NCBI GenBank assembly: GCA_964519245.1
Contig: CAZFLK010000006.1
Location: 12,186 to 76,185, forward strand
Direction: 5' to 3'
Length of the DNA stretch: 64,000 bases
From: an uncultured Verrucomicrobiota bacterium
GTDB taxonomy: Bacteria; Verrucomicrobiota; Verrucomicrobiia; Limisphaerales; JAYPEY01
The notes under the pieces are model-generated. The model was not told the origin of the DNA, made no database searches, and saw nothing but the letters and a program-made list of their open reading frames with translations. Below are positions 38,234 to 48,559 of the stretch, piece by piece (position 1 is the stretch's first letter; every line of letters begins with the position of its first letter). The translations under genes were made by a program, and so were the position numbers.

Positions 38234-39276
38234 CGGTCAGTGTCGCGTCCGCCCAGCCATCGTTTCAACAGAAATGCGTGACCGTGGATGGCGGCGGCGC
38301 CTTCCGGCAACTCGGCCCGCACAACCTCCGGCCGGGACGCCAACGCCAACGGGAACGCCGCTTCGACGCCAATGCGGGCCGCCGCATGAACGCGATCCGC
38401 AAACGGCCCGGAACCTGCAATCAACAGCGGCGCGATGGCGGCCGCGTCAAACGCGTGGCGCAACTCCGACCCGATCAACGCCCCGCTGAGAAAGGCGCGA
38501 CAAGCCCCGTTCGTGGCGCCGTCCAACACCGCCCGCGCGCGGGCCTGAAAGATCGTCGCCTCCATGCCGTCCTTGCACCCGAGCGCCACGCCCTCCCGAA
38601 AACTCTCATCCTGCGCCTCGGTCGACGCGCCGCCGCCCTCGTCTGCCAGGGTTGTCTGGCGAAGAATCGTCGCGGAGGTCAGCGCCTCAAACAGTTCACC
38701 GGTCATGAACGTGCGCCAGTTGACCAGGCGATCCTCAAACACCATTGCATGCTTGCTGTGGGTTCCCGGCAGGATCACCAACGAGGCGCGGGCATGACGA
38801 CGAAACTGCGGGTGATTCAGGATCCCCAGCAACTCCGTCTCCTCCCCACGCATGATGTCCGCGCCGGTCGCGACGCCGGAAACCAGGAACACGTCCATGC
38901 TGCGGCCGCCCGGCGAAACCAAGGCGACGCGCTCGTAAACCACCCCTGAACCGTCCAAGGCGAAAGGGACCGCAGCATAAGGAAGCTCCCGCCACCCGAG
39001 GGAGGACGTCGCCATGCCCGACAAGATGACATGCTCCGCGGCGCAACCTTCCGGCGCCGCGGAAAGAAGCTCATCCAACCGTTCGCCAAGGAAACCCACG
39101 AATGCGGCTTCCTTTTCCGCCTCGCCCGGCTCCAGGCCCAACGAGTCCCGGATCGATCGAATCCCCTCCCCTCCACTGATCTCCGCCGCAACCCGCAACC
39201 CCGACATTTTAACCAAACGCAGCCGGAAGGAGGAAGTGCCCCAGTCGCAGCTGACGAAATGTTTCGGAAGTGTCAT
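38230..39276 (-). CDS. dgoK: 2-dehydro-3-deoxygalactonokinase
   Basis: N-terminal SCDWGTSSFRLRLV (DWGTSxxR), ~348 aa, coupled to an Eda/DgoA-family aldolase. Confidence 0.65.
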   Translation of the reverse strand: MTLPKHFVSCDWGTSSFRLRLVKMSGLRVAAEISGGEGIRSIRDSLGLEPGEAEKEAAFVGFLGERLDELLSAAPEGCAAEHVILSGMATSSLGWRELPYAAVPFALDGSGVVYERVALVSPGGRSMDVFLVSGVATGADIMRGEETELLGILNHPQFRRHARASLVILPGTHSKHAMVFEDRLVNWRTFMTGELFEALTSATILRQTTLADEGGGASTEAQDESFREGVALGCKDGMEATIFQARARAVLDGATNGACRAFLSGALIGSELRHAFDAAAIAPLLIAGSGPFADRVHAAARIGVEAAFPLALASRPEVVRAELPEGAAAIHGHAFLLKRWLGGRDTDR

Positions 39277-39390
39277 TGAATATCGACGCGCTCGAACCAG
39301 TATAGATACGCTTCGCCCCCACCGGCAAGGTTGCCGGATGAATGGAAACCCATCCCCGGCGTCGAATCAAACAACGGAAAGCTGAGCGGC

Positions 39391-40005
39391 ATGAAACTGA
39401 TACGATTGGCCATGGCGGTCGCGCTCGTCTGCGCGGGCGTCCCGTCCGCCGAAGCTGCGGCGCCGGCAAACTCCACCGCGCCGGCAAACTCCACGGCAGG
39501 AAAGCCGAGAACGCCGGAGAATAAGACGCCCCGGAAGAAGAAGACCGTCGACGCCGGCGTCAGGCTCTTCTCCATCAAGTCCGAGATGCCAATCAAGGGC
39601 GGCAGCCCCGACGACGCGCCCCGTCTCAATATCCGACTGATCTGGGGAGCCACCGAAGAGGCGGCCTCAGAGGGCGGCTTCCAGACCCTGGAGCCCGAAC
39701 TTACCGAGAAACTCGAGAAGGTGTTTCCCTGGAAAAGCTATTTCAAGATCCTCGACAAGGACCTGGACACCCCGCTCGACAAGAACATCACGACGACCCT
39801 CAGCCCCAAGGCCCGACTACGGGTGCGCGCCAACAAGCATTCCAGATTCCGGATACGCCTCTTCGGCGAGGGCAACCGCGTCTTCAACCGCACCGTGACG
39901 ATTGGCGATGACGACATCATCGCGCTCGCCGGCTACGACGAACACAAACTCGGTTGGTTCATCGTCCTGCGCCGGGCCCGGGCCGCCGCTCCGATGGCCC
40001 ATTGA
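39391..40005 (+). CDS. secreted hypothetical protein
   Basis: MKLIRLAMAVALVCAGVPSAEA signal peptide, APANST x2, Lys-rich stretch. No family recognised. Confidence 0.5.
   Translation: MKLIRLAMAVALVCAGVPSAEAAAPANSTAPANSTAGKPRTPENKTPRKKKTVDAGVRLFSIKSEMPIKGGSPDDAPRLNIRLIWGATEEAASEGGFQTLEPELTEKLEKVFPWKSYFKILDKDLDTPLDKNITTTLSPKARLRVRANKHSRFRIRLFGEGNRVFNRTVTIGDDDIIALAGYDEHKLGWFIVLRRARAAAPMAH
39460..39495 (+). repeat. 18-bp tandem duplication (17/18 identical) encoding APANST-APANST
   Basis: gcgccggcaaactccacc / gcgccggcaaactccacg, inside CDS 39391-40005 just after the signal peptide. Confidence 0.9.
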
Positions 40006-40131
40006 ACGCCTCCGGGGCAGGACAGCCCGCCCGGATCGTCGGGCGCCGACGGCCGATTTCTTGTGACAGATTCGCGCGCGCATGGTCCAATCCCACGGAA
40101 TGATCGAGTCGAGGCTCCAACCCGCCCGTCG

Positions 40132-41244
40132 ATGACCCCCCGCAGCGCACTGACGGTCATGGCGGTCGCAGGCGGCATGTTCGTCTTGGGTTACCTGACC
40201 GGGCGCGGCGCTGCCGGCGCCCCGAAGCCAGCGATGTCAGTCAAGGAGGACCAACCCGGAAGCCTCCGCGACTCGTCGGGGCTTCCGCCCACAATGCCCC
40301 AGCGCCTTCCCGACGCCGCCGATCGAGCCAAGGGAGCCCGCCACAGATCTGCGATCGAATCGCTCCTGACCGATGGCGCGCCCCCGACTCCCCTGACGCC
40401 GGAAGAGATCGCATCCTACGTGCAGCTGAACAACGCGGACGCTCAAAGTCTTCTCGCCGCGTTTGAAACCAGCCAGGACATCCAATGGCTGCAACAGGCC
40501 GCCGAAGCCCACCCCGACGACCCCCGGGTCATGTTTGCCGTCATCAACTTCGGCGACGACTCGATCCCCGGCGACCGACTGGACTGGATCGGGAAGCTGT
40601 CACAGGCGGCGCCGGACAACGCCTTGGCGGACTACCTCTCGGCCGCAGAGCTCCTGAAACGGGGCAAGCCGGACGAAGCGATCCGGTCCTTGTTGGGGGC
40701 GCAGGGCAAGACCACCTTTGACGACTACACCATCCACACCCTGCAGGCCGCGGAGGAAATGCATACGCGCGCCGGACGCAGCCCGGCGGAGGCCAAGGCG
40801 ACCGCCGGCATTCAAACACGGCTGCCGCACCTGAAGGAGCTCCGCGATCTCGGGCGCGGGATGGCCATGCTCTACGGGGAGCGAGTCGCGGCGGGCAATA
40901 CACAAAGCGCTGACTCAATCGCCGCCGCCGGCTTGAACATGGGCCGCCACATGAGCGTCGGCTCAGGCAACCGCTACCTGCTCAACGAACTCGTCGGCAT
41001 CGCCACGGAGAAGATCTTTCTCGATGCCTTGGACCCGAATCAAGAACACGCCTTCCTTGACCGGCCGACCGCCGAATTGCAGCAGGAACTTCAAAAACAA
41101 CGAGACAACATCAAGGCGCTGGCGGGGAGGTTCAATCCGGAGACCATGTCTGACGCCGATGTCATCGCCTACTTCGACCGCGTGAAACTCTATGGCGAGT
41201 ACGAGACCCTGAAATGGCTCTACAACCGCTCAACCGGCCAATAG
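40132..41244 (+). CDS. membrane-anchored hypothetical protein (helical repeat-like)
   Basis: N-terminal TM ALTVMAVAGGMFVLGYL from ATG 40132; coding-like composition; no family recognised. Confidence 0.5.
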   Translation: MTPRSALTVMAVAGGMFVLGYLTGRGAAGAPKPAMSVKEDQPGSLRDSSGLPPTMPQRLPDAADRAKGARHRSAIESLLTDGAPPTPLTPEEIASYVQLNNADAQSLLAAFETSQDIQWLQQAAEAHPDDPRVMFAVINFGDDSIPGDRLDWIGKLSQAAPDNALADYLSAAELLKRGKPDEAIRSLLGAQGKTTFDDYTIHTLQAAEEMHTRAGRSPAEAKATAGIQTRLPHLKELRDLGRGMAMLYGERVAAGNTQSADSIAAAGLNMGRHMSVGSGNRYLLNELVGIATEKIFLDALDPNQEHAFLDRPTAELQQELQKQRDNIKALAGRFNPETMSDADVIAYFDRVKLYGEYETLKWLYNRSTGQ

Positions 41245-41308
41245 ACCGGACCGGCGGGGGTTGACAAGCAGCCCGTTTGCTGAGAATCGTGGCAATATCA
41301 GAAGCGCC

Positions 41309-41731
41309 ATGGGACACCCTTGCAACAAGACATTGAGCGCCGGCCGGCGAACGGTCGCCTGGTCCCTGTTGTCCCTGCTGGCGGCTTACCTCGTATGGCT
41401 CCCCGTCCATACCGCCACGGAGGCGCATTGCCATATCGTGGTCCACGATCAGGAACGCCACCACCATCACCACCACGATGGCGACGGCCACGACCATGAT
41501 CGGGGTAACAGCGAGGACCCCGGTCACTCTCACCATTCGGCGGACGCCCACACGCTGAAGGCTCTCAAGACAGACTCGCTTGACCTGAATCGCGTTCCCG
41601 CGGCCTTGGCTTGGCGCGACATCGCGCCCACGCCACCCTCCCAACGGCTTGCTCACGCGGAGACTGCCCGCGTGAACCCGGGCAGAGCTCCCCGAGGCCC
41701 CGCTTCGTCACGCGCGCCGCCCCGCGCCTGA
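41309..41731 (+). CDS. small His-rich membrane-anchored/secreted protein preceding the RND operon
   Basis: From ATG 41309: hydrophobic WSLLSLLAAYLVWLPV, then HTATEAHCHIVVHDQERHHHHHHDGDGHDHDRGNSEDPGHSHHSADAH. Confidence 0.5.
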   Translation: MGHPCNKTLSAGRRTVAWSLLSLLAAYLVWLPVHTATEAHCHIVVHDQERHHHHHHDGDGHDHDRGNSEDPGHSHHSADAHTLKALKTDSLDLNRVPAALAWRDIAPTPPSQRLAHAETARVNPGRAPRGPASSRAPPRA

Positions 41732-41811
41732 TTCCCTGCTACCGTCTCTGAACGCAACAAGCGCGGCTCGTTGCGTCCCCCCATCTTGCCAACTCCCTTG
41801 TCCCTGCGCTT

Positions 41812-43455
41812 ATGAAGCGTCCTTGTCCTTTCTCAATACGCGTCTTCCCGCCACTCGCGCTCGCCGCAATCACCTTTGCCATCGGATGCCGCCCTCCGGA
41901 GGGCGCAACGGACACTCCCGGCCATGCCCACGATCATGCCGGCGAGTCCGCTGAGGCCCAACACGCCCACGAAGAGCCGGGATTCCAGCTCACCGCACAT
42001 GGCTCCGGCTTCGAGATCTTTGTCGATCATGAGCCAGCAGAACTCGGACACGCCGCCGCTTACGCCGCGCACGTCACCGACCTGGCGTCCGGGCGCCCCT
42101 GGAGCGACAGCCCGCTGACGTTGCGTCTTCAGGGGCCCGGCGGCGAACGCTCCGAGGCAACGGCGGTCAAGCCCGCAAGCCCCGGCATCTACGTCATCGA
42201 ACTCGAGACGCCGACCGCGGGCGCACTCAGTCTGGAAGCGGAGTTCCAACTCGAGGGCGTCACCCGGAAGCTCAATCTCGGCGTCGTTTCGGGGTTTGCC
42301 AGCCATGAGGCCGCCCACGCGGCAGCAGGCAAGCTGGCGTCAGCGGAGGGGTTTCCCATGGCGAAGGAGCGCCAGTGGGAATTGCCGATCAAGACCGTCG
42401 AGGCCGCGCGACGCACGATGATTCCCAGCCTGATTGCGCCGGCGGAAGTGCATCCCGCAAGTGGACGCCGCGCAATGGCGGTCGCGCCGGTCAAAGGCCG
42501 ACTTGTCCCCGTCCCGGGCTCCACTCTCCCCGTGGTCGGAAGCGTCGTGAAACGCGGGCAGGCCCTGGCATGGATCCAGCCCCTGTTCTCCGACGCGACC
42601 GCCCGCCTCGCCGAAGCCCGCGCCGCGACCCAACGGACAGGCATTCAACTCGAGGACACCCGAAAAACTTTCGAACGCATTCGCGGACTGGCCCGCCAGG
42701 AGGCCAAATCCCAACGCGAACTGCAAGAAGCTGAAACCGCCCTGCGACTCGCTGAAGCCAGCCACAACGCCGCCCGAGAACTGGAGCGCGCCTACACTGT
42801 CGCCGCCGCCGACATGCTCAACGGCGGTTCGGACGCGTCCCCGACCTTCGCGCTTCTTTCCCCGATCAACGGCGTCATCGCCCGTCATGCGGACCGGGCG
42901 GCGGGCGAACTGATCGCCGAAGCCGAGGTGGTCTACACCATCCTCGACCGCTCCAGGGCGCTCCTGCACGGACTGATCCCGGAGAACACCCCATTGTTCG
43001 CCGATCAACTCACGCAGGTCGCCTGCGTCACCGGCGGACCAAACGGCGTTCGCTTCAACGTGTTGGACGGCGATCACGGCGCGCTTCTCGCCATCGGCGG
43101 CGAAGTGGACCCCCGGACCCGCTCCTATTCGGTGCATATCGAGACCGCCAACCCGGAGGGAAGGCTGCGGATCGGTCAGCGCGTGACGCTGGAGATCAGC
43201 CATGGAGAATCAAGGAACGCGGTCGCCGTTCCGGAGTCGGCGCTGATTGAGGAAGACGGGCGTCAGGCCGTCTACGCACAGGTCTCGGGCGAGATGTTTG
43301 TCAAGCGAAGCGTCCGCACCGGCGTCCGGTCCGGCAACTGGATCGAGATCGTCCGGGGCGTGACGGAGGGCGAGCGCATCGTCGTGGAGGGCGCCTACGC
43401 GGTGCGCCTGGCGGCGCTCGGCGGCGGCGCGATCCCTCACGGCCACCACCACTGA
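41812..43455 (+). CDS. RND efflux periplasmic adaptor (CzcB/CusB, HlyD family), lipoprotein with His-rich termini
   Basis: Lipobox FAIGC. N-terminal TPGHAHDHAGESAEAQHAHEE, coiled-coil hairpin region, C-terminal IPHGHHH. Confidence 0.8.
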   Translation: MKRPCPFSIRVFPPLALAAITFAIGCRPPEGATDTPGHAHDHAGESAEAQHAHEEPGFQLTAHGSGFEIFVDHEPAELGHAAAYAAHVTDLASGRPWSDSPLTLRLQGPGGERSEATAVKPASPGIYVIELETPTAGALSLEAEFQLEGVTRKLNLGVVSGFASHEAAHAAAGKLASAEGFPMAKERQWELPIKTVEAARRTMIPSLIAPAEVHPASGRRAMAVAPVKGRLVPVPGSTLPVVGSVVKRGQALAWIQPLFSDATARLAEARAATQRTGIQLEDTRKTFERIRGLARQEAKSQRELQEAETALRLAEASHNAARELERAYTVAAADMLNGGSDASPTFALLSPINGVIARHADRAAGELIAEAEVVYTILDRSRALLHGLIPENTPLFADQLTQVACVTGGPNGVRFNVLDGDHGALLAIGGEVDPRTRSYSVHIETANPEGRLRIGQRVTLEISHGESRNAVAVPESALIEEDGRQAVYAQVSGEMFVKRSVRTGVRSGNWIEIVRGVTEGERIVVEGAYAVRLAALGGGAIPHGHHH

Positions 43456-43467
43456 ACGGAGCGCCTC

Positions 43468-46400
43468 ATGGATTCACTCATCAGATTCTCGATGCGCAAT
43501 CGCGCGCTGGTCCTCATCAGCGCACTGCTGTTGATCGCGTATGGCGCCCTGGTCTCCACGCGACTGCCCATTGATGTCTTCCCCGATCTCAGCGCCCCGA
43601 CCGTGACCGTCGTGACCGAGGCGCACGGCATGGCCCCGGTGGATCTTGAGCAACAGGCGACCTTCCCCATTGAGTCCTCGCTCAACGGCGCCGCCGGGGT
43701 CCGCCGAGTGCGCTCGGACACGGCCGTTGGCATTTCGATTGTCTACGTCGAATTCGACTGGGGCACGGATATCCGGACCGCCCGGCAAATCGTGAAAGAG
43801 AAGTTGGACCTGGTGACGCCCAACCTCCCGGACGAGATCGATGAACCCATCCTCGCCCCGGTCACCTCCATCATGGGCGACGTGATGTTTGTCGGGCTCT
43901 CGTCAAACCAACATTCCCCCATGGAAACACTGACCCATGCGAATACGGCGCTGCGTCGAAGGCTCCTTTCCGAGCCGGGAGTGTCGCAGGTCATTGCGCT
44001 GGGCGGCGGTCGCCAACAGTTCCAGATCGTGGCGCGGCCCGAAGCCTTGCAGGCTTTCGATGTCACCCTTGATGAGGTCTTGACCGCGGTCGGCGCCGCC
44101 AATCGCAACGTTTCCGCCGGCGTATTGAACCAAGGCGGATCCGAGTGGCTCGTCACCGGCGAGGGCCGGATCCGCACAACCGAGGACATCGCCGCCATCG
44201 TGGTCGCCTCGCGCAAGGGGACGCCTGTGCTCGTAAGCGACCTCGCGGAGGTCCGTATCGGCCCCGCCCCGCCCCGTGGAGTCGCCTCCGTGAATGGCGA
44301 GGAGGCCATCATTCTGGGGATTCAGAAGCAACCCCAGGCGAACAGCCTGGAACTGACCCGCCGATTGGACGTCGTGCTCGATGAACTCGAGGCGGCCCTG
44401 CCGGAGGGAATGCGCCTCGATCGCAAGATCTTCCGCCAGGCCGACTTCATCGAAGTGGCTGTGGCAAATGTCCTGCATGCGCTCCGTGACGGCGCCGTTC
44501 TGGTCGTGCTGGTGGTCCTTCTTTTCCTGGGAAACCTGCGCGCGACCCTGATCACCCTGACCGCCATCCCGCTGTCGCTCGTCGCCGCATTACTGACCCT
44601 GGATTGGCTCGAGATCTCCGTGAACACGATGACGCTCGGCGGCATGGCCATCGCCATCGGCGCGCTGGTCGACGACGCGATCATCGACGTCGAGAACGTC
44701 TTTCGACGGCTTCGGGAGAATCACCATCTGCCGCCGGAGCAACAAGCTTCCGCCTTCTCGGTCGTCCTTGACGCGAGCATTGAGATCCGCCGAAGCATTA
44801 CTTTCGCCACCATCATTATTGTCCTGGTCTTTGTTCCGGTGTTCTTCCTCTCGGGCGTGGAGGGAAGACTGCTGGCGCCCCTGGGACTGGCCTACGTCGT
44901 TTCCCTGTTGGCCTCGCTCGCCGTGGCGATGACCGTGACCCCGGTGCTTTGCTACTTCCTCCTGCCGTCAAGCAAGGCCGTGCAGCGCGAGCAGGAAGCC
45001 CGGCTCGCTGGCGTCTTGAAGCGCGCGTACGCTCGAATTCTCCCGACCATCCTGCGCCGCCCGTGGTGGGTCGCCGGCCCCACGCTGGCGCTGCTGATCC
45101 TCGCGATCTTTCAGATGACGTTGTTCGGCAGGGCCTTCCTGCCGCCTTTCAACGAGGGCAGTCTGACCATCGGCGTCGTTACCCTGCCCGGCACATCGCT
45201 CGAGGAATCGAACGCCATCGGCAAGCAGGTCGACCGGATTCTGCTGCAGCATCCCGAGATTGTCTCCTTCGGTCGCCGGACGGGGCGCGCGGAGAAGGAC
45301 GAGCATGTCATGGGCGTGGAATCATCCGAGATCGAGGCGCGACTGGTCATGAGGGAGCGGGGCAAGGACGAGCTTCTCGCTGCGCTGCGCGAGGACTTCG
45401 CCGCCCTGCCCGGAGTCAACGTGGAGATCGGCCAGCCCATCTCCCACCGCATCGACCACATGCTTTCCGGCACGCGCGCCAGCGTGGCGGTCAAGTTGTT
45501 CGGGCCGGACCTCTACGAACTCCGCGAACTCGGCGAGCAAGTCAGGGCCGCCATGGAGGACGTGAACGGCGTGGCGGACCTGGTCCTCGAGCAGCAACGC
45601 GATGTCCCGACCCTCCGCGTGCGGTTTCTCCGTGACGCGATGGCGCGGCACGGCCTGACCATGGACATGGTGGGCCGTCATTTGAACGCGGCGGTGCAAG
45701 GCGAAAAGGCCACCGAGGTCATCCAGGGCCAGAACACCTTCGACCTCATCGTCCGACTCAAGCGCGACCAGGATTGGCGGATTGAAACCCTCGGCGATCT
45801 GCTGGTGGCCACACCGCCGGGCGCGCGGATTCCGCTGCGGGAAGTCGCCCGGATCGAGCGCTTCACCGGCCCCAATCGCGTCAGCCGGGAGCAGGTCGAG
45901 CGCAAGATCGTGGTATCCTGCAATGTCGCCGGCCGCGATGTCACCTCCCTCGTGAACGACTGCCGTCAACGGATCGACCCCATCATGACGGCAAGCCCCG
46001 GCTATCGCGTGGAGTTCGGCGGGCAGTTTGAGAGCGCCGCCCGCGCGACGCGCGCCATTGGATGGCTCGGCGTGGGCGTGGTGATCGGGATAGGGTTCCT
46101 GCTGCACATCGCATTCGGCAGCGCGCGCGACGCGGCGTTGGTGATGTTGAATCTGCCGCTGGCCCTGATCGGCGGGGTCGCCGGCGTCTGGTTCTCGGGC
46201 GGCGTGTTGAGCGTCGCCTCCCTGATCGGTTTCATCACCGTGTTCGGCATCGCCACCCGCAACGGCATCATGCTCGTTTCCCATTTTCGACATCTGCAGG
46301 AGGAGGAGGGCGTCACGGATCTTTATGAAGCCGTGAGGCGCGGCGCGATCGAACGCCTGGCGCCCATTCTCATGACCGCGCTGGGCACCGGACTCGCGTT

Positions 46401-46584
46401 GATTCCCCTCGCGCTCGGCGGCGGACAACCGGGCAAAGAAATCGAGACGCCCATGGCCATCGTGATCCTCTACGGCCTCTCCAGTTCCATGCTGCTCAAC
46501 ATGGTCATTGTGCCCGCGCTCTACCTGCGTTTTGGAGCGCCGGTGAAACCTCAGGACTCCACAACCACGGATCAACCCCGATGA
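43468..46584 (+). CDS. CusA/CzcA-family heavy-metal efflux RND pump
   Basis: 1038 aa, 12-TM RND architecture. N-terminus MDSLIRFSMRNRALVLISALLLIAYG and GGMAIAIGALVDDAIIDVEN are typical of the HME-RND family. Confidence 0.9.
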   Translation: MDSLIRFSMRNRALVLISALLLIAYGALVSTRLPIDVFPDLSAPTVTVVTEAHGMAPVDLEQQATFPIESSLNGAAGVRRVRSDTAVGISIVYVEFDWGTDIRTARQIVKEKLDLVTPNLPDEIDEPILAPVTSIMGDVMFVGLSSNQHSPMETLTHANTALRRRLLSEPGVSQVIALGGGRQQFQIVARPEALQAFDVTLDEVLTAVGAANRNVSAGVLNQGGSEWLVTGEGRIRTTEDIAAIVVASRKGTPVLVSDLAEVRIGPAPPRGVASVNGEEAIILGIQKQPQANSLELTRRLDVVLDELEAALPEGMRLDRKIFRQADFIEVAVANVLHALRDGAVLVVLVVLLFLGNLRATLITLTAIPLSLVAALLTLDWLEISVNTMTLGGMAIAIGALVDDAIIDVENVFRRLRENHHLPPEQQASAFSVVLDASIEIRRSITFATIIIVLVFVPVFFLSGVEGRLLAPLGLAYVVSLLASLAVAMTVTPVLCYFLLPSSKAVQREQEARLAGVLKRAYARILPTILRRPWWVAGPTLALLILAIFQMTLFGRAFLPPFNEGSLTIGVVTLPGTSLEESNAIGKQVDRILLQHPEIVSFGRRTGRAEKDEHVMGVESSEIEARLVMRERGKDELLAALREDFAALPGVNVEIGQPISHRIDHMLSGTRASVAVKLFGPDLYELRELGEQVRAAMEDVNGVADLVLEQQRDVPTLRVRFLRDAMARHGLTMDMVGRHLNAAVQGEKATEVIQGQNTFDLIVRLKRDQDWRIETLGDLLVATPPGARIPLREVARIERFTGPNRVSREQVERKIVVSCNVAGRDVTSLVNDCRQRIDPIMTASPGYRVEFGGQFESAARATRAIGWLGVGVVIGIGFLLHIAFGSARDAALVMLNLPLALIGGVAGVWFSGGVLSVASLIGFITVFGIATRNGIMLVSHFRHLQEEEGVTDLYEAVRRGAIERLAPILMTALGTGLALIPLALGGGQPGKEIETPMAIVILYGLSSSMLLNMVIVPALYLRFGAPVKPQDSTTTDQPR

Positions 46585-47888
46585 AGAAAGATCGAAACCA
46601 CGAACTTGCACCGCCGGGCCCCTCGCCCGCGGGACGTCGCATCCAACCAGAAGGCTTCAGCATCACGAAAGCTTCCCGCGGAATCCTCGCGCTCGCTTGC
46701 GCGCTGGCGACGCCGGCCCTTCAGGCCGCCCCAACCAACCGCCCGGCGCTCAACTTGGAAAGCGTCCTGCGAATCGCAGAAGGGAGAAGCCCCTCGCTGC
46801 AGGCCGCCAAGGCAAAGCAAACGGCGGCTGAACAGCGCGCCCGGGCCGCCGGATTGCCGCCCAACCCGCGAATCGTCGTGGGAACGGAGGGATTCAGGGG
46901 CGGACGCAACGGCGAGGTTCTCACCGGCCTCTCCCAATCCATACCCGTCGGAAGCGAGCGGAAACTTGATCGCGAAGCCGCCAGGGCCGAACGCAAGCGA
47001 ACCGCTTTCCTGGCCGACGCTGAGCGACTCCAGTTGCATCAACGCGTGCGCGGAGCCTTCGCGACAGCCCTGTTCGCCCAAGCAAGTGAACTGTTGTTCG
47101 CCGAACGAATCGAGATTCTCCGATCGCGCCTTCGGCTCGCTCGCGCCAGGGCGGAAGCTGGCGACTCCACTATGGAAGCCGGCGAACTGGCTCACGCGGC
47201 GTTGGATCACGAACAGCTGGCCCACGAGGAAGCCCTCGCGCAACGCGCCCTGGCTCTCCAGGCGCTGGCGACAGCCATGGGGCAGCCAGACCGGGAAATC
47301 GACTCCGTCCAAGGCGACCTGGCGGCTGATCTCGCCCTGGAAAGCATCCGCACAATCGTGGCAAACCTGAATGTTCTTCCCGCCGCACGCGCCGCCGACC
47401 AGGCCGCGATCACCGCCGAACTGCGCGCCCGCCAGCAGATCGCGTCTCGAATCCCCGCACTGAACCTCAACCTACTGCACCGCCGCGACCGTTCCGCCCG
47501 AAAAAGCGGCGCCGATGTCAACCTCAGCTTTTCCGTTCCCTTGTTCGACAACAAGCGCGCCGCCGCGCGCGCCTTCGAGGCCGACGCCGAAGCCGCCCGG
47601 CAAACGGCGCGCACGCTTCGTCAACAAGCCAGACTGACCTATCGACGGATACTCGCGGATCTCGAGACCACGCTGAAACGACAGAAGCATATCCGCGACG
47701 AGATCCTGCCGCATCACGAGCGAATCGTTGCCCGACAACGCGCCTTGTATGAAGCCGGCGAAACCCGTCGGGATGAGTGGGAAACCGCTCGCCTCGACCT
47801 ATCCAAGGAAAGGCGGCATTACTACGAGGCCCTCGGCGAAACCCACCGCCTTTGGGCGCAACTCGCCGCGCTCGCACAGAACCCCTGA
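46581..47888 (+). CDS. outer-membrane efflux factor (TolC/CzcC-like)
   Basis: ATGA overlap with the pump gene. Signal peptide; two OEP-type helical repeats rich in A/R/E/L. Confidence 0.75.
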   Translation: MKKDRNHELAPPGPSPAGRRIQPEGFSITKASRGILALACALATPALQAAPTNRPALNLESVLRIAEGRSPSLQAAKAKQTAAEQRARAAGLPPNPRIVVGTEGFRGGRNGEVLTGLSQSIPVGSERKLDREAARAERKRTAFLADAERLQLHQRVRGAFATALFAQASELLFAERIEILRSRLRLARARAEAGDSTMEAGELAHAALDHEQLAHEEALAQRALALQALATAMGQPDREIDSVQGDLAADLALESIRTIVANLNVLPAARAADQAAITAELRARQQIASRIPALNLNLLHRRDRSARKSGADVNLSFSVPLFDNKRAAARAFEADAEAARQTARTLRQQARLTYRRILADLETTLKRQKHIRDEILPHHERIVARQRALYEAGETRRDEWETARLDLSKERRHYYEALGETHRLWAQLAALAQNP

Positions 47889-47913
47889 ACCGGAAAGCTC
47901 CGCCAACAACACG

Positions 47914-48516
47914 ATGAACTTCTTTCTCCCGGGCATGGGCGCGGATGGCGGCATGTATTCCGGCCCTTGGCGCACAATACCGGAGTCCGTGTTTCTCAAT
48001 TGGCCGGACTATCGGGGAGAGACCGAATTGCACGAAGTCGCGCAACGGGTGGTCGAGGAGAATGGCATTGCCGATGGCGCGACTCTCATCGGCTCATCGC
48101 TCGGCGGCATGATCGCCTGTGAGATCACCCGCCTGATTCGACCACGAAAGCTGATTCTGGTCGGAGGCGTCCGCCACCCGCAAGAAATCAACGCGCTTCT
48201 GCAGATCTTCCATCCCCTGGCGGACCTGACCCCCTTCGAATTTCTGCGACGCGTCTCCGGAAGCGTCCCCGGTGATCTGGCCCACATGTTCCAGGAAGTC
48301 GACCCCGATTTCGTGCGCGCCATGTGTCTCGCCGTCTTTCGCTGGAACGGGTTGGATCGCAATGCCGATCGACCGGCGCGCATCCACGGCGGACGCGACC
48401 TCGTCGTGCCGCTTCCGGACGACGTGGACAAGGTCCTTCCCGCGGCGGGCCATCTCATCGCCATGACCCACGGGCAGGAGTGCGTCGACTGGCTTCAGGA
48501 TTCCGGGTTGATTTGA
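47914..48516 (+). CDS. alpha/beta-hydrolase fold protein
   Basis: From ATG 47914: MNFFLPGMGADGGMY...LIGSSLGGMIA (GxSxG nucleophile elbow). Confidence 0.6.
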   Translation: MNFFLPGMGADGGMYSGPWRTIPESVFLNWPDYRGETELHEVAQRVVEENGIADGATLIGSSLGGMIACEITRLIRPRKLILVGGVRHPQEINALLQIFHPLADLTPFEFLRRVSGSVPGDLAHMFQEVDPDFVRAMCLAVFRWNGLDRNADRPARIHGGRDLVVPLPDDVDKVLPAAGHLIAMTHGQECVDWLQDSGLI

Positions 48517-48559
48517 GACGAGGCCCGATCAGCCGCCGCCCGATCGCGCAGGAAATCCC

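Noticed and set aside
41261-41266. TTGACA (perfect -35 hexamer, also used as a TTG start in the ORF track) upstream of the His-rich ORF
   Set aside because: No acceptable -10 hexamer at 16-18 nt spacing (gagaat at 15 nt, caatat at 26 nt). A single hexamer is not evidence. The TTG start is less likely than the ATG at 41309.
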